64,000 nucleotides of DNA. Source: Diplonema japonicum (Eukaryota > Protista > Euglenozoa: Diplonemea). The stretch spans positions 868,001-932,000 of the forward strand of contig OZ025648.1 in NCBI GenBank assembly GCA_964019335.1. The letters run 5' to 3'. Shown here piece after piece: positions 23,873 through 34,776 of this stretch. The position numbers were made by a program, and so were the translations under genes. Under the pieces are notes generated by a model. That model saw only the letters and a list, made by a program, of their open reading frames with translations, was not told the DNA's origin and did no database searches. Within the stretch, counting starts at the first letter, position 1. The number at the start of each line of letters is the position of its first letter.

Positions 23873-26596
23873 ATGCTTACACCCTTATTAGCTGTAATGG
23901 TATGGGGTCTCGTTGACCAGGGGCTGAGAGACAACCCTATAGTGGGAGAATTCAAGCCGACGTACCTGGATGGATTGTGGAAGGCGACGAGCAATAAAGG
24001 AACCACGATGGAGGGAACGGTTCCAGGCGACATTCTTACAGATCTGCAAAACGCAGGGCTGATAGACGACCCACTGTTCGGAAACAACTTCAGGAAGAAC
24101 GAAAGATGGACGACAGAAACATGGACATACAGTAGAAACTTCACCCTCACGCAAGAAGACCTCGAGCGAGAACCCCTCCTCGTTTTCGACGGCATCAAGA
24201 TGTCCGCCTCAATAACTCTAAATGGGATCAAATTGGGGCAAGCCAAAGACCAGTTCCTGAGATACGAATTCCACCTCAGCACCATAGGCCGTACCGGCGT
24301 GAACACATTAGAAGTCACCTTTGATGGTGCCGAACTCGACGGGCGATGGATGGCCTGCACAGGGGGATGGGATTGGGCACCTTACTCAGGCACCACTAAC
24401 CAAGGCGCTGACACCTTCTCCTACGGGATCTGGAAATCCGTATATTTTGTGCTTGTTGGGCAAGCTGCCATCACCCACGTTTCTCCGCACACGTTCTACA
24501 ATGGTGTCTACCCTGTTGGCCCGCTTACCGACTCTTCGCACGGTGGGTTCACTGTCTCAGTTCGTGTGCATACTTTATCTATGTCACGCTTCCCCAAAGC
24601 GACCCTCTCCGTTTCCGGGTGGGGTAAGTTCAACTCTACTACCATTGTGTTGCCCAAATCCAACACTACACATACAATCAACCTCACTGCTCCAGCAGGG
24701 TCTGTGAATCTCTGGTGGCCCAATGGGATGGGTGCCCGTCCCATGTACAACGTGACCGTTGTTCTTGAAGTACCCGGGCAGACCATGACCGCCACGCGCC
24801 AGATCGGTTTCCGCACGATCGCCCTCGTGACTGGCAACGACACAAACCCTGCGTACGTGAAGCAGAGCAAGGACGCAGACGGTACCAACAGAGGGTTCGG
24901 GATGCTCATCAGGGTGAACGGTGCTGTGATGTTCAACAGGGGCGGGAACATGATCCCCATGGAAGAGATGGAGGGCAGGCAGTCACACGCAATGTACAGA
25001 CAGCTTGTTCTGTCGGCAGCGTCAGCAGGGATGAACACCTTCCGTGTGTGGGGTGGGGGGATCTTCTATCCGGATAGCTTCTACGACATGTGCGATGCGG
25101 AGGGCATTGTGCTGTACCACGACATGATGTACGCACAAGCAGGGCATTCCCCCAAGGTCACCGCAACACAGGACGCTGAACTCCGCCACCAGATGCGAAG
25201 GCTGTCGCACCACCCGTCCATCATCATGTATGATGGCTGCAATGAGTGCCATGTGGTGATCGGGACTTCTACTGGTATCTACGCTACATTCGTGATGACG
25301 GTCGTTGTGGAAGAGGACATGAGCAGAATCGTGTGGCCGTCGTGTCCTGCCAATGGGTGGCAAACAGGTGTTCACAGGCTGACCTCGTTGCCCAATGGGT
25401 CACCCCTGGGCCTTGACCCTGTCATGGTAGGGGAGGAAGAGTCTGATATCGAGACCCATGGTCCTTATCAGCACAGCAACATCTTCCAAACCATCAACAT
25501 GGGCCCCTTCACCAACACCACCATCACTGTCCCGCCCATCATCGTGGAGGGAAGCAACGGGCCGCAGTATCCGAACGTCTTCGCGTCCGAGTTCGGAACG
25601 GTCGTCATGTCATCCTTTGAATCCATGTCCGTTACCCTGGACCCGGCCAACTGGGCTCTCCATGGCGGCGCACCTGAAGGACAATGTGGTGATTCTGGTG
25701 AAGAACACAACAAGTGTACGGGTGACAACCCGATGCAGCAGCGGAACTACGGATGCGACAATTTAATTGTGAAGCATTTCGGGGAGGCGATGGCTGGCAG
25801 TGCGTTGAACAAAACAGGCACGGCAGCGTTCCAAGGACAGCTGTACCTGTGCGCGTTGGGGCAGGCCTTGGACATGAAGGCGAACATCGAACAGCGCCGT
25901 GCAACGAACCAGTTCGGGATCATCGTGTGGCAGCTGAACGAAATCTGGCCTACTGGCGGGTGGGGATCGCTTGAGTACGGAACACCTGTCAAAGGGCAAG
26001 TCATAGGAGGGAGGTGGAAGACACTGCACTACTTCTACGAGTCGATTCTGTTCAAGGATGTCATCGTTGCGTGTGGTAGTGAGAGGTGCTACGCGAAGAA
26101 CAACGGACCCGACACTCTAGAGGCCTCTGTTACCCTCGAGGCAGTGGGGCTGGCGAACGGTTCCCTCACAGTTGTGTTTCAAAAGTACTACGACCTGCCG
26201 CCTAACGGTGGCGCAGTATACTTCACAGCCCCTAAAATCGATGTACTTAACGAAATCTTGTATGGTACTGTGAAGGGTCCTAGCAATCTTGTGCTTGCAT
26301 CAAATGTAATGCCGCTTGTGTACAGCAGTCAACTCCGCTTGTTGCCTGCTGACGTGCGCCGATCAGCCATCACACCTTTGCCGAATGGTGAGTTCTCTTT
26401 CATGGTGCATACTGATCGTGTCGCGCTCTACGTGACCTTCACCACCTTGGCCTCCGGACGCTTCTCGAAAAATGCCTTCCTCCTCCTACCCAACGAGACT
26501 GCAAGTGTCGTTTTCATTCCGTTCGTTCCTGACCAGGAGCAGATTTTGACTGCCTCTTTGCGTATGGAGGATCTCTCGCAGTACACGAGGAGGTAG
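23873..26596 (+). CDS. MANBA: beta-mannosidase, glycoside hydrolase family 2 (secreted/lysosomal)
   Basis: Signal peptide; TVPGD, GWDWAP, GIWKSV, WWPNGMG..P.Y, GMNTFRVWGGG, GCNE (acid/base), SEFG (nucleophile), WQLNEIWP. Confidence 0.9.
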   Translation: MLTPLLAVMVWGLVDQGLRDNPIVGEFKPTYLDGLWKATSNKGTTMEGTVPGDILTDLQNAGLIDDPLFGNNFRKNERWTTETWTYSRNFTLTQEDLEREPLLVFDGIKMSASITLNGIKLGQAKDQFLRYEFHLSTIGRTGVNTLEVTFDGAELDGRWMACTGGWDWAPYSGTTNQGADTFSYGIWKSVYFVLVGQAAITHVSPHTFYNGVYPVGPLTDSSHGGFTVSVRVHTLSMSRFPKATLSVSGWGKFNSTTIVLPKSNTTHTINLTAPAGSVNLWWPNGMGARPMYNVTVVLEVPGQTMTATRQIGFRTIALVTGNDTNPAYVKQSKDADGTNRGFGMLIRVNGAVMFNRGGNMIPMEEMEGRQSHAMYRQLVLSAASAGMNTFRVWGGGIFYPDSFYDMCDAEGIVLYHDMMYAQAGHSPKVTATQDAELRHQMRRLSHHPSIIMYDGCNECHVVIGTSTGIYATFVMTVVVEEDMSRIVWPSCPANGWQTGVHRLTSLPNGSPLGLDPVMVGEEESDIETHGPYQHSNIFQTINMGPFTNTTITVPPIIVEGSNGPQYPNVFASEFGTVVMSSFESMSVTLDPANWALHGGAPEGQCGDSGEEHNKCTGDNPMQQRNYGCDNLIVKHFGEAMAGSALNKTGTAAFQGQLYLCALGQALDMKANIEQRRATNQFGIIVWQLNEIWPTGGWGSLEYGTPVKGQVIGGRWKTLHYFYESILFKDVIVACGSERCYAKNNGPDTLEASVTLEAVGLANGSLTVVFQKYYDLPPNGGAVYFTAPKIDVLNEILYGTVKGPSNLVLASNVMPLVYSSQLRLLPADVRRSAITPLPNGEFSFMVHTDRVALYVTFTTLASGRFSKNAFLLLPNETASVVFIPFVPDQEQILTASLRMEDLSQYTRR

Positions 26597-26903
26597 AAGG
26601 AGAAAGAAAGAAAAGAAGGAAACAAAAAAAAAAAGTGAATGTGTGCGCCAACGTTTTAACAATTTTATCTCTTGTTTCTCATGCTTACTATACATTTCGC
26701 TCCCCCCCCCCCCACCCCCCCTCCGTGACGAGAAGAAAAAAAAATGCTGCTATTTATTAAGCAGTCTCTTGTGTCTTTCCTTTCCAACTTTCCTTTTTCT
26801 TGTTTTTTGTTTCCCTTTCATTTCAAAATGAAATTTTCCCTCTCCAACATGGCAAAAACAAAACAAAAAAAAAGGAGAAGGGGGGGGGGGGGGGGGAAAG
26901 GAA

Positions 26904-27575
26904 ATGTTCAACCCAGGCCCGTTCTGGGGGCTCGCGCAGCAAGAGGTTCCGGACAACGAACTGTTTTCAGAGCTGGGGTTGGGGACAAAAACAAAGGAAG
27001 TGGGGGTGCTGCCGCATGATTTTCGCGTGACTGCTGTACTGACAGAGCTGGGGGACTACAGGAAGCATCAGGCAACATTGCGGTCCAAACATTATGCAGC
27101 ACTGCACTTACAGGCAGTGACGAGGGGATGGCTGGCACGAAAGAGGTATCAGAGCCACAAGCGACAGCTTGCGATGTTGCTGGGCCAGCTGAAGAACGAC
27201 AGAGAGAGCGACGCGGCAACTTCATGCCAGAGAATAATCAGGGGCTTTCTTGCCCGCTCTCAGCTGTGGCGGTTGAGGCAGGACGCTGAACGGAAACGTG
27301 ACGACGATTCGAAGAAACGCAAAAAAGGAGGGAAAAAGGGTAAGAAACTCCCTCAAAACATACCCCCGGACCTCCCCCACGTGGAGCGCCTGCTCCTTAT
27401 CGACGAGGCCTTCCTGAACGGATGGGACTGCTGGACAGACGCAACTAATAAAGATATGAAAAAAGTGGAGGACGCCCGGAAGCTAGACGAATGCATCAAA
27501 ATATGGGAAAAGCAAAAAGGAAGCCACGACAAAGTCCTCCTGAGAATGCTCGAAATCGCACACAAAATGCGGTGA
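26904..27575 (+). CDS. IQ-motif (calmodulin-binding) protein
   Basis: Two IQ motifs: LQAVTRGWLARK and CQRIIRGFLARS. Confidence 0.75.
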   Translation: MFNPGPFWGLAQQEVPDNELFSELGLGTKTKEVGVLPHDFRVTAVLTELGDYRKHQATLRSKHYAALHLQAVTRGWLARKRYQSHKRQLAMLLGQLKNDRESDAATSCQRIIRGFLARSQLWRLRQDAERKRDDDSKKRKKGGKKGKKLPQNIPPDLPHVERLLLIDEAFLNGWDCWTDATNKDMKKVEDARKLDECIKIWEKQKGSHDKVLLRMLEIAHKMR

Positions 27576-27746
27576 GGAAGAAGAACGAATAAAAAAGAGG
27601 AAAAAAAACCATTTACACTTTTTTACTACTAATATTTTCGGGGGAGGGGTCTCCCCCCTTTCCCCATCACAGTGAATATATTTTTTTTTTAAAACGCCTC
27701 ATTTCTTACAAAAAAAAAAAAAAAAAAAAAAACAGGAGAAACCCCC

Positions 27747-30700
27747 ATGGCAGCACCATACACACACGACGAGCTTGCAGAATGGTCATGGGACTCCATG
27801 CACCGTGAGAAGATACTGAAGGGAGTGGGTAAGGAAGTAGCCCTTGTCGACACAGAACGGTTGGTAGAAACGCTTAAAAACGAGGATAAGTCCGAAGACG
27901 TGCTCCGAGTAATGTTCGGTGCTGCCGTGCACTGCGGCGATCGCAAAAGACAGGCATTCTTCGAGGAGCTAGTAGAGTCGTCGGGACGAGAAGTCATCAT
28001 GAACACCTTTTACAAAGGAACGCCTTCAGTAAAAAACCTCGTGAAGAAAATCTTCTCGCTCGGGGTGACGAGTTCTGTGGTGTTCTTGACACACAGCGAA
28101 GAAAAGGGTCTTCTAGGCGTCTTGGGACTCCCACAGCCGGCTACAGACGTCATTCTAAGAGTCCCCGAAGAACTCCCTGATCTCCTCGACTCCTTTCTAA
28201 CCTCAGAGTCGGCTGTGGACGCGAAAAGAATGCTTCTTGTAATCCAAAAGAAGATTTCTCACGACGGGGGGTGGAAACAAGGCCAGGACACGTCCAAGAT
28301 CAAGGCCATCTTGGACTCATTAAAAACAGTTCAAGAAGCTGTGTATTCAACAACGGTAGCATGTCTTATGTTAATGCCGCAAGAAACGGTTCTTAATCTG
28401 TTTCTGTCGGAGACCACGCTTCCAGAAGCCCTCACAAGGCGTCTTTGCAGGTTCATTACACCGCAGGCAGCCAATGCGACCTTTCAACTCGCCACATTCG
28501 TATGTGGAATCTCCGTCAAAGCCCACACCGCGTGGGTGGAGGACTGCAGCTTGGTCCATGTTGGTCTCGAAGTAAAACGCACGCGGTTCCAGACAACAAA
28601 CCTGTTCAACCCCTTGAAGTATCTACGCCATCTGGCAGGGTCTTTGAAGTGGATTATGGACACGCTTACATTCGTAACCGACCCCGACCGCCTCCTGTCT
28701 CTCCTGACCGACATGCAGTGTTCTATTAAGCTGAACAGCAGCGATGTGGTGGAGAGTATTATTCTGAAAGATGGGTTGGCGATGCTTAGAAAGCTGTTTG
28801 TTAAACACGCCATACTCCGGTACCCCGTTGTGGAGGTCGTCTGCGAGCTGGTGACGAGAACGCGTCCCGCCGACCACGGGTTTCTAGCCAAGGAGATGTT
28901 CAAGACGAAGATCTTCAACGATTGCTTTTCGTTCATCAGCCCGAAGATTTTAAAGTCGCTCCCAGACGCCCACAACCTTGAGGAGATGATGAGAAAATGT
29001 GTCACCATCGTGCAGTTCGTCACTAAAGGGTCGCCTGACGCGGCTGATGAGGTTGTCCAGCCTCTGAAAGTCGAATCTCTTCTCGAAGCACATCAAGTGT
29101 TCCCGTTCTGCGGGGAACTGAGCAGCATGTTGACAAATCTCTCCCCTCTTCTCCCGGAGGAGGCAACCGTTGAGGAACTGCTGTTGTCCCTCGATCAGAT
29201 TACCGCCGACACACAGTTCTCCTCCGTTGCGGTCCGGGTCAAAGGCATTCCAAACTGGTCTCAAGAATTCTTGCCTGCTTGCGGGATATCCCTCTGCCTG
29301 GAACTTCTTATGGCAAAGCCTTCCCTGACCCTGCCTTCTCTACTTCTGATAAACGACTGTCTTTCAGAGCTCTCTGACGACTTAGTTGCCAGACAAGAAT
29401 CAGCGCTTGAGATCTACAACTCAACCGTGCTGCCGTTTATCATAGCAAGCTGGAGGGAAAGCAAGAAGAAGTCCCCTGTCGCTGTGTTGGCTTGCGATTT
29501 GGTGGAGTTCTGCCTCCTCAACGACCCGACGCGTGATAAGAGGATCTTGAAAAGCATGGAGAGTGAGCTTCCTATGATGGTGTATGGCATGTATAAGGAC
29601 CCTGATGAGAAGCGGGAGTTGAAGGCGCTGTTGGACCCCACCGTAGAACAAATCATGGAAATCAATTTAACCGAATGGAACTGGCCGCAAGCGGCGGCTG
29701 TCTTCAAGAAAAACCATGACAAGGAGACTTTCGTCAACGCGGCAATGGAGCACAACCTGTGGGGAAAGGTGACCGATTTTATTGTGCGGAACGAACACAC
29801 AGTGTCCGAGCAATGGGTGTGTTTGGACCTGATCCCTTGCGGGGACATACTCGCAGCGACACCGCCGGATAAATGCAGAAAGATCAGCGAAAGAGCCTTC
29901 GAGCAAACGCACTCCTCCTCTGCAAGGCTCGTTCTGAAAATCATGAAACAGCTACCGGAGGAAGAATTCGTTCCGATATGCGACAGCGCTGAGGGTTCAC
30001 ACTTACTGTGCACAGCACTAGAGGTGTTCATATATGGTACGCACGGTGTGGCAGACCCCGTGTGGCGGGAACTCCTCGCGGTTCTTATCGGCGGCTCCGA
30101 GGAAATCGAAAATGTGATGTGGTCCGTCGGCTCGCTTCCCGTATTAAACGCTTTCCTAACGCTGGAGAACGATCCCGAGGCAAACGGGGAGCATACCAAA
30201 CAGCTCTACCTCATCGCGGCTGCACACTGCGAGTCATCAACAGAGAAGCGTGATGCCGTGGACTCATTAGGCCTCCTCGATCGAGGGCTGAAGTCCACCG
30301 CATCGTTAGAATCATTAACATTAATCACATCACTACGAAGCCCCAAGATACACTCCGTGTGGAATAGACGGATAGAAGAGCACAATGTGTTAACAACACT
30401 GTCGAGGCTCTTCACTATAGGAAGCTCGTTGCCCGACACAGTTAAGTACGTGACCATTTGCTACAGACTGGCTGATGCGGTTGTCAAGCCCGAGCTGTTC
30501 CTCCCTATTGTGGAGGTCATGGATGAGATCTTGTCCGTGATCGAGTCTGCAAAGTACCGGTACTCATATCTCGTGATAAGTGGTATTGTTGACACTGTTT
30601 CCACGCTCCCCAAGGATATCGTGGGCACGAACCCTATCCTCGAACACTTCAAGTTCTTCATCAAAACAAAACCACCTCAGATCCCTATCCGGATTATCTC

Positions 30701-31007
30701 CACTATGGTGAACATCCTTTCAGGTACAGGGTTTGAAATACCACCGTCTGTCGAGTCGCTTCCAAGTCAAGACGAAGAAGAATCCATTATCGATTCACCG
30801 AAAAGCCTGGAGGTTCCTATAATACCCAAGGATTGGAAAGGGATGAGCGAGGTGGAGTACCTGACACAAACAAAAACATTCAAACTGTACGACCTCATGA
30901 CAAGACGATTGCTGGAACGACGCCCTACGTGCGACCGGAACACCGTCCCGCTTGTCAAGGAGCTGCTCGTCATGCTGGAAGAACTGGAGGAGGAACAGGG
31001 TTATTGA
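27747..31007 (+). CDS. alpha-solenoid (ARM/HEAT-like) protein with C-terminal D/D (RIIa/Dpy-30-like) motif
   Basis: 1086-aa Leu-rich helical ORF; C-terminal EYLTQTKTFKLYDLMTRRLLERRP. Confidence 0.7.
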   Translation: MAAPYTHDELAEWSWDSMHREKILKGVGKEVALVDTERLVETLKNEDKSEDVLRVMFGAAVHCGDRKRQAFFEELVESSGREVIMNTFYKGTPSVKNLVKKIFSLGVTSSVVFLTHSEEKGLLGVLGLPQPATDVILRVPEELPDLLDSFLTSESAVDAKRMLLVIQKKISHDGGWKQGQDTSKIKAILDSLKTVQEAVYSTTVACLMLMPQETVLNLFLSETTLPEALTRRLCRFITPQAANATFQLATFVCGISVKAHTAWVEDCSLVHVGLEVKRTRFQTTNLFNPLKYLRHLAGSLKWIMDTLTFVTDPDRLLSLLTDMQCSIKLNSSDVVESIILKDGLAMLRKLFVKHAILRYPVVEVVCELVTRTRPADHGFLAKEMFKTKIFNDCFSFISPKILKSLPDAHNLEEMMRKCVTIVQFVTKGSPDAADEVVQPLKVESLLEAHQVFPFCGELSSMLTNLSPLLPEEATVEELLLSLDQITADTQFSSVAVRVKGIPNWSQEFLPACGISLCLELLMAKPSLTLPSLLLINDCLSELSDDLVARQESALEIYNSTVLPFIIASWRESKKKSPVAVLACDLVEFCLLNDPTRDKRILKSMESELPMMVYGMYKDPDEKRELKALLDPTVEQIMEINLTEWNWPQAAAVFKKNHDKETFVNAAMEHNLWGKVTDFIVRNEHTVSEQWVCLDLIPCGDILAATPPDKCRKISERAFEQTHSSSARLVLKIMKQLPEEEFVPICDSAEGSHLLCTALEVFIYGTHGVADPVWRELLAVLIGGSEEIENVMWSVGSLPVLNAFLTLENDPEANGEHTKQLYLIAAAHCESSTEKRDAVDSLGLLDRGLKSTASLESLTLITSLRSPKIHSVWNRRIEEHNVLTTLSRLFTIGSSLPDTVKYVTICYRLADAVVKPELFLPIVEVMDEILSVIESAKYRYSYLVISGIVDTVSTLPKDIVGTNPILEHFKFFIKTKPPQIPIRIISTMVNILSGTGFEIPPSVESLPSQDEEESIIDSPKSLEVPIIPKDWKGMSEVEYLTQTKTFKLYDLMTRRLLERRPTCDRNTVPLVKELLVMLEELEEEQGY

Positions 31008-31164
31008 AGAATCTTTTTTTTTTCTTACGAAAAAAAAAAAACCCCCCGTGTGAATAAATAGTAGAGTCTGTCCAAAAAAAACCAAAAAAAAAAAAACTAC
31101 GCACAAAAAAAAGAAAACTACGGGGGATGCACAATATAAAAAAAAATAAAAATACACCGCTGCC

Positions 31165-31783
31165 ATGTTCACACAGCGCAAAAGCATTGTTGGGCAGCTG
31201 TCGCTGATTCCACCCGATGCAAAATTCAGGAGGTCCATCATACCTAGGGAAGACGTGACAGTCAGGCCGACTATGGAAAAATGTGTAGGTGATCTAAGGG
31301 GGAGGGGGGACACGTGCCCAATGTGCGATATGTGCAAAGGAGATGCAAAGTACTGCATAGAAACAGGGCGACCCCATGCGGCCACAGCCTGCTTAGCGTG
31401 CGGGAACCCAGTCGAACAAACGCCTTTCTGCGGCGCGACTGGCCTTCCTCACAACGCGAGCGACTGCAAATCACGCACCCTGCCGTTCCCGTCACAGTCT
31501 TGCCACCCCCTCCCTTCGTCTCAGAGCTCTGTCGTTATTGCTTATTTGCAGTCTCTTTACAGCGTAGAAACCTTTCTCTCAAATGAGATCGCCTCGATCG
31601 TGCAAAGCATGTTGGAAACCCACGGCCTTCCGGTCGTGGTCCCCATCCCTGAGAAGTGGATGGCCTCCGACGACATCGACAAGCTTCGAGCAATGGTCAA
31701 AGCACATCAATGCACAAATAGCTATTGTACTACCAACAAAGGTTATATCTTTGTGATATCTTACAGGACACACACACACTTAA
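31165..31783 (+). CDS. Cys/His zinc-finger-like protein (two C-x2-C...[FY]C-x2-TG-x-PH units); 3' end uncertain
   Basis: CDMCKGDAKYCIETGRPH and CLACGNPVEQTPFCGATGLPH. It ends either via a 25-nt intron (31742-31766, TAA 31783) or runs on in frame into the GT8 gene. Confidence 0.5.
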
Positions 31784-31809
31784 AAAAAAAAAAAAAAAAA
31801 AAAGAGGAA

Positions 31810-32874
31810 ATGATCGACAAACGAGTCATCGCTGCCCTGTTGGGCGGCATAGCAATCACGATACTTTTAAAGCAGTCATCGAGGGAAATCGACGAGGGGC
31901 GGGCAAGCGAGCTGAAAGGATTGATGAAATTTAAGAAAGAAGGTAACCACACACACACACCCTCCATCCCCCCTACTTATAACAAACACAACTTTCTTTT
32001 TTTTTCTTCAAACAGAAAATGAAGTAGACGACGCCCCACGGATAAAGATCAAAGCATGCTTGAACGACGCGACCGTTGCGCATAAGGTCTGGGTGAAAAA
32101 CAAAACAAAAAAAAAAAAAAAAAAAAACCACAGATCACCCTGTGGACCATGTTAATCCCACAAGGGGAGAAGAGGGGTTATGTCGATGCAGCGAAAAAAC
32201 TACTGAAATCCGCGAAAAGACACAGCAACGTAGAGTTCGACGCCATGCTATTGGAATTGAAGGAGAAACCCCTTACAGACGACATGAAGGACGAGCTCAA
32301 AGCGGAAGGGTGGGGGATTTGCGTGGTGAATAGGTTGCCGCCTCCTGACGAGGAGGCTACCTTCAAGCACTTTCGCGACCAATTCACAAAATTTGCTCTC
32401 TGGGAAATGGCGGAGCTCGACACCATTCTCTACCTAGACGCCGACACCTACATCGTGGGCGACATAACGCCCCTCCTGACTACAAAACTGGAAGGGAAAA
32501 AAATGGGCGCCGGTCGGGATTTCATGAAAAACCGAGGTGGCTGGGTGGATACCTTCAACATGGGTGTTTTCCTCATACACCCCAACACCGCTGACTACAA
32601 CGAACTGATTACATATCACCGTGGGGACCGTCCTCTTGAATACAACAAGCATTGGTCAGAGCAGGCCTTCCTCAACGCTCTCTGGAAGGACAAATGGTAC
32701 GATCTTGGTTTCGAGCACAACGCCAACCTTGCGCTCTACACCGAGGACCCTGCCTTCTGGAAATCCCGTCAAAACCATATTCGGGTGGTACACTACACCA
32801 TGAGAAAGCCTTGGAAGAATTGTCAAAAAAGCCCTTACTACGAAATCTGCAAATGGTGGTTGGAAGAGCGTTAA
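31810..32874 (+). CDS. glycosyltransferase family 8 (glycogenin-like), type II membrane
   Basis: N-terminal TM; FTKFALW, YLDAD, FNMGVF, EQAFLN, VVHYT..KPW. Introns 31943-32015 and 32087-32133 keep the frame. Confidence 0.85.
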
Positions 32875-33110
32875 GAAAAAGAAAAGAAGAAAAAAATCAT
32901 TTACAATTTTTTTTTAAAGTATATGCGGCACAGACTCTTTATTAGATAAAAGGTTGTGCCCCGTAGTGCAGCACTGACAGAAGGGGGGGGAGGGGGGAAA
33001 AAAAAGAAAGATTAAAATCTCGCCGTATTTTTTTTTTTTTGTGTTTTTTGTGTTTTTTTTTTTGGTGGAAGGGAGGGGAGGGCCTTAACTCTCCTTCACA
33101 CATTTTCACT

Positions 33111-33142
<32 letters not shown>

Positions 33143-33145
<3 letters not shown>

Positions 33146-33360
33146 GGCTTGAGGTGGTACAATGGTAAGAAGAAAACGTCATGACAATGGAACTTGCTGT
33201 AGATTATGAGCAGACCACCTGCCGGTCACTCACAGGCCCCCTCGACAGGAGACTTCCCCTCGAGCCAAATAGCACGGCTCCATGTAATATTTCTCTCCCA
33301 GATGCCGTCCATCTCGCGATAGCGGTGAGCACCCCCCATGCACACTGAAATTTTATCGAG
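33143..33360 (+). mobile_element. family A retroelement fragment, internally deleted copy of 45102-45563
   Basis: Colinear match to 45102-45563 with a near-identical terminus GTGAGCACCCCC(C)ATGCACACTGAAATTTTATCGAG plus T tail. Confidence 0.8.
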
Positions 33361-33572
33361 TTTTTCTTTTCTTTTTTTCTTTTTTTTTTTTTTTCTTTAA
33401 ACGTCGCTCAGGGGGGTATTTTTTTTTTCTCTTTTTTGTTTCTTGGTAAAATTAGGTGGACACGGGAAAAGGAAAAAAAAGAGGGGGGGAAATAATTCTT
33501 CTTTTTTTTTTATTCTTTTGAAAAAAGAGACCTATCAATTCAATTCAAAAGAAAAGGAGGTAAAAAAGAAAA

Positions 33573-34376
33573 ATGGAAGCCCTCATCAGCTTTGCCTCAG
33601 GTGCGATGTACGGGCTGACATCAGTTATTGTAGGGCAGCCTTTGGACACAGTGAAGACGACGATGCAAGCGTTGCCGACGCACAGCAAACGGTCGATTTT
33701 GGGGACCGCGAGTGACATCGTGAAGGAAGGCGGCCCGCTGGGGCTGTGGCGTGGGGGCATCCCTCCGGTCCTGGGTGGCGCTTTCTTCAGAAGCTGCCAG
33801 TTCGGCGCTTACAACAACTCGTTGAGGCTATTGAGGGACTCAAACCTGCCCCAAACCAGAATTTTTATGATCGACTACCAAGTTGTGATCGCTGGGATGT
33901 GCGGCGGCTTCGGGCGAGGCCTAGCAGAAGGGCCCTTTGACTACGTAAAAGTCCGACAGCAGGTCAAGGGGTCGTGGAGCTTCCGGGAGGCTTACAAAGG
34001 GACCGCCATCACTATGACAAGGAACATATTCTTGTTTGCCATCTTCGCCTTCAACATAGACATGTCGAAGCAATTCACAAACGGCGAAGGGTTCTCACCC
34101 TTCATGACCGGCGCTATTTGTGCCAACGGTGCATGGCTTGCCATATGGCCCTTAGACGTTATCAAATCACGAGCCCAGTCGGGCCTACACGAAGGTAAAT
34201 CAGCCATGCAGCACCTCATGGAGGCCTCCCGCACAAGGGCTCTTTATCGCGGCCTCCTCCCCGGGCTTGCACGCTCTACCCTTGCAAACGGTTCTGCTAT
34301 GGTGGTTTACAAGAAGACCACTCAGCTTCTTGAGGATCTTGCTGGTATCGAGAAAAAAGATGCCTCCGCTATTTGA
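33573..34376 (+). CDS. mitochondrial carrier (SLC25) protein
   Basis: Three PxDxxKxxxQ signatures: PLDTVKTTMQ, PFDYVKVRQQ, PLDVIKSRAQ. Confidence 0.93.
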   Translation: MEALISFASGAMYGLTSVIVGQPLDTVKTTMQALPTHSKRSILGTASDIVKEGGPLGLWRGGIPPVLGGAFFRSCQFGAYNNSLRLLRDSNLPQTRIFMIDYQVVIAGMCGGFGRGLAEGPFDYVKVRQQVKGSWSFREAYKGTAITMTRNIFLFAIFAFNIDMSKQFTNGEGFSPFMTGAICANGAWLAIWPLDVIKSRAQSGLHEGKSAMQHLMEASRTRALYRGLLPGLARSTLANGSAMVVYKKTTQLLEDLAGIEKKDASAI

Positions 34377-34669
34377 GAAGCAGGGGGAAAGAGGGGAAGG
34401 GCGGCAAGGTTTCCAAAAAATGATACCCAGACAACGAGAAATAGGGAGGGGGAAGGGGAGGAACGAAATCACTGTGTTTTTTGTTTTAATGTCTCTTTTT
34501 TTTTTTTCTTCTTCTTCTCTTCATTCTTCGTCACGCTGCTACTTTTTTTATTATTCGCGAAACAATTTCTTGGTACACCCCCTTCCTTCCTCCTCACTCT
34601 TCTTTCTTGTCGTGGGATATAGCTATGAAGAAGGAACCGGGGGGAAAAGAAAAAAAAAAAAAAAAAGGG

Positions 34670-34703
<34 letters not shown>

Positions 34704-34776
34704 TCCCCCAATTTCTTTTTGAAACAACACTCCTTTTTTTTTTTTAACAACCTACCAGGGGAGGGGCATCTGAACC

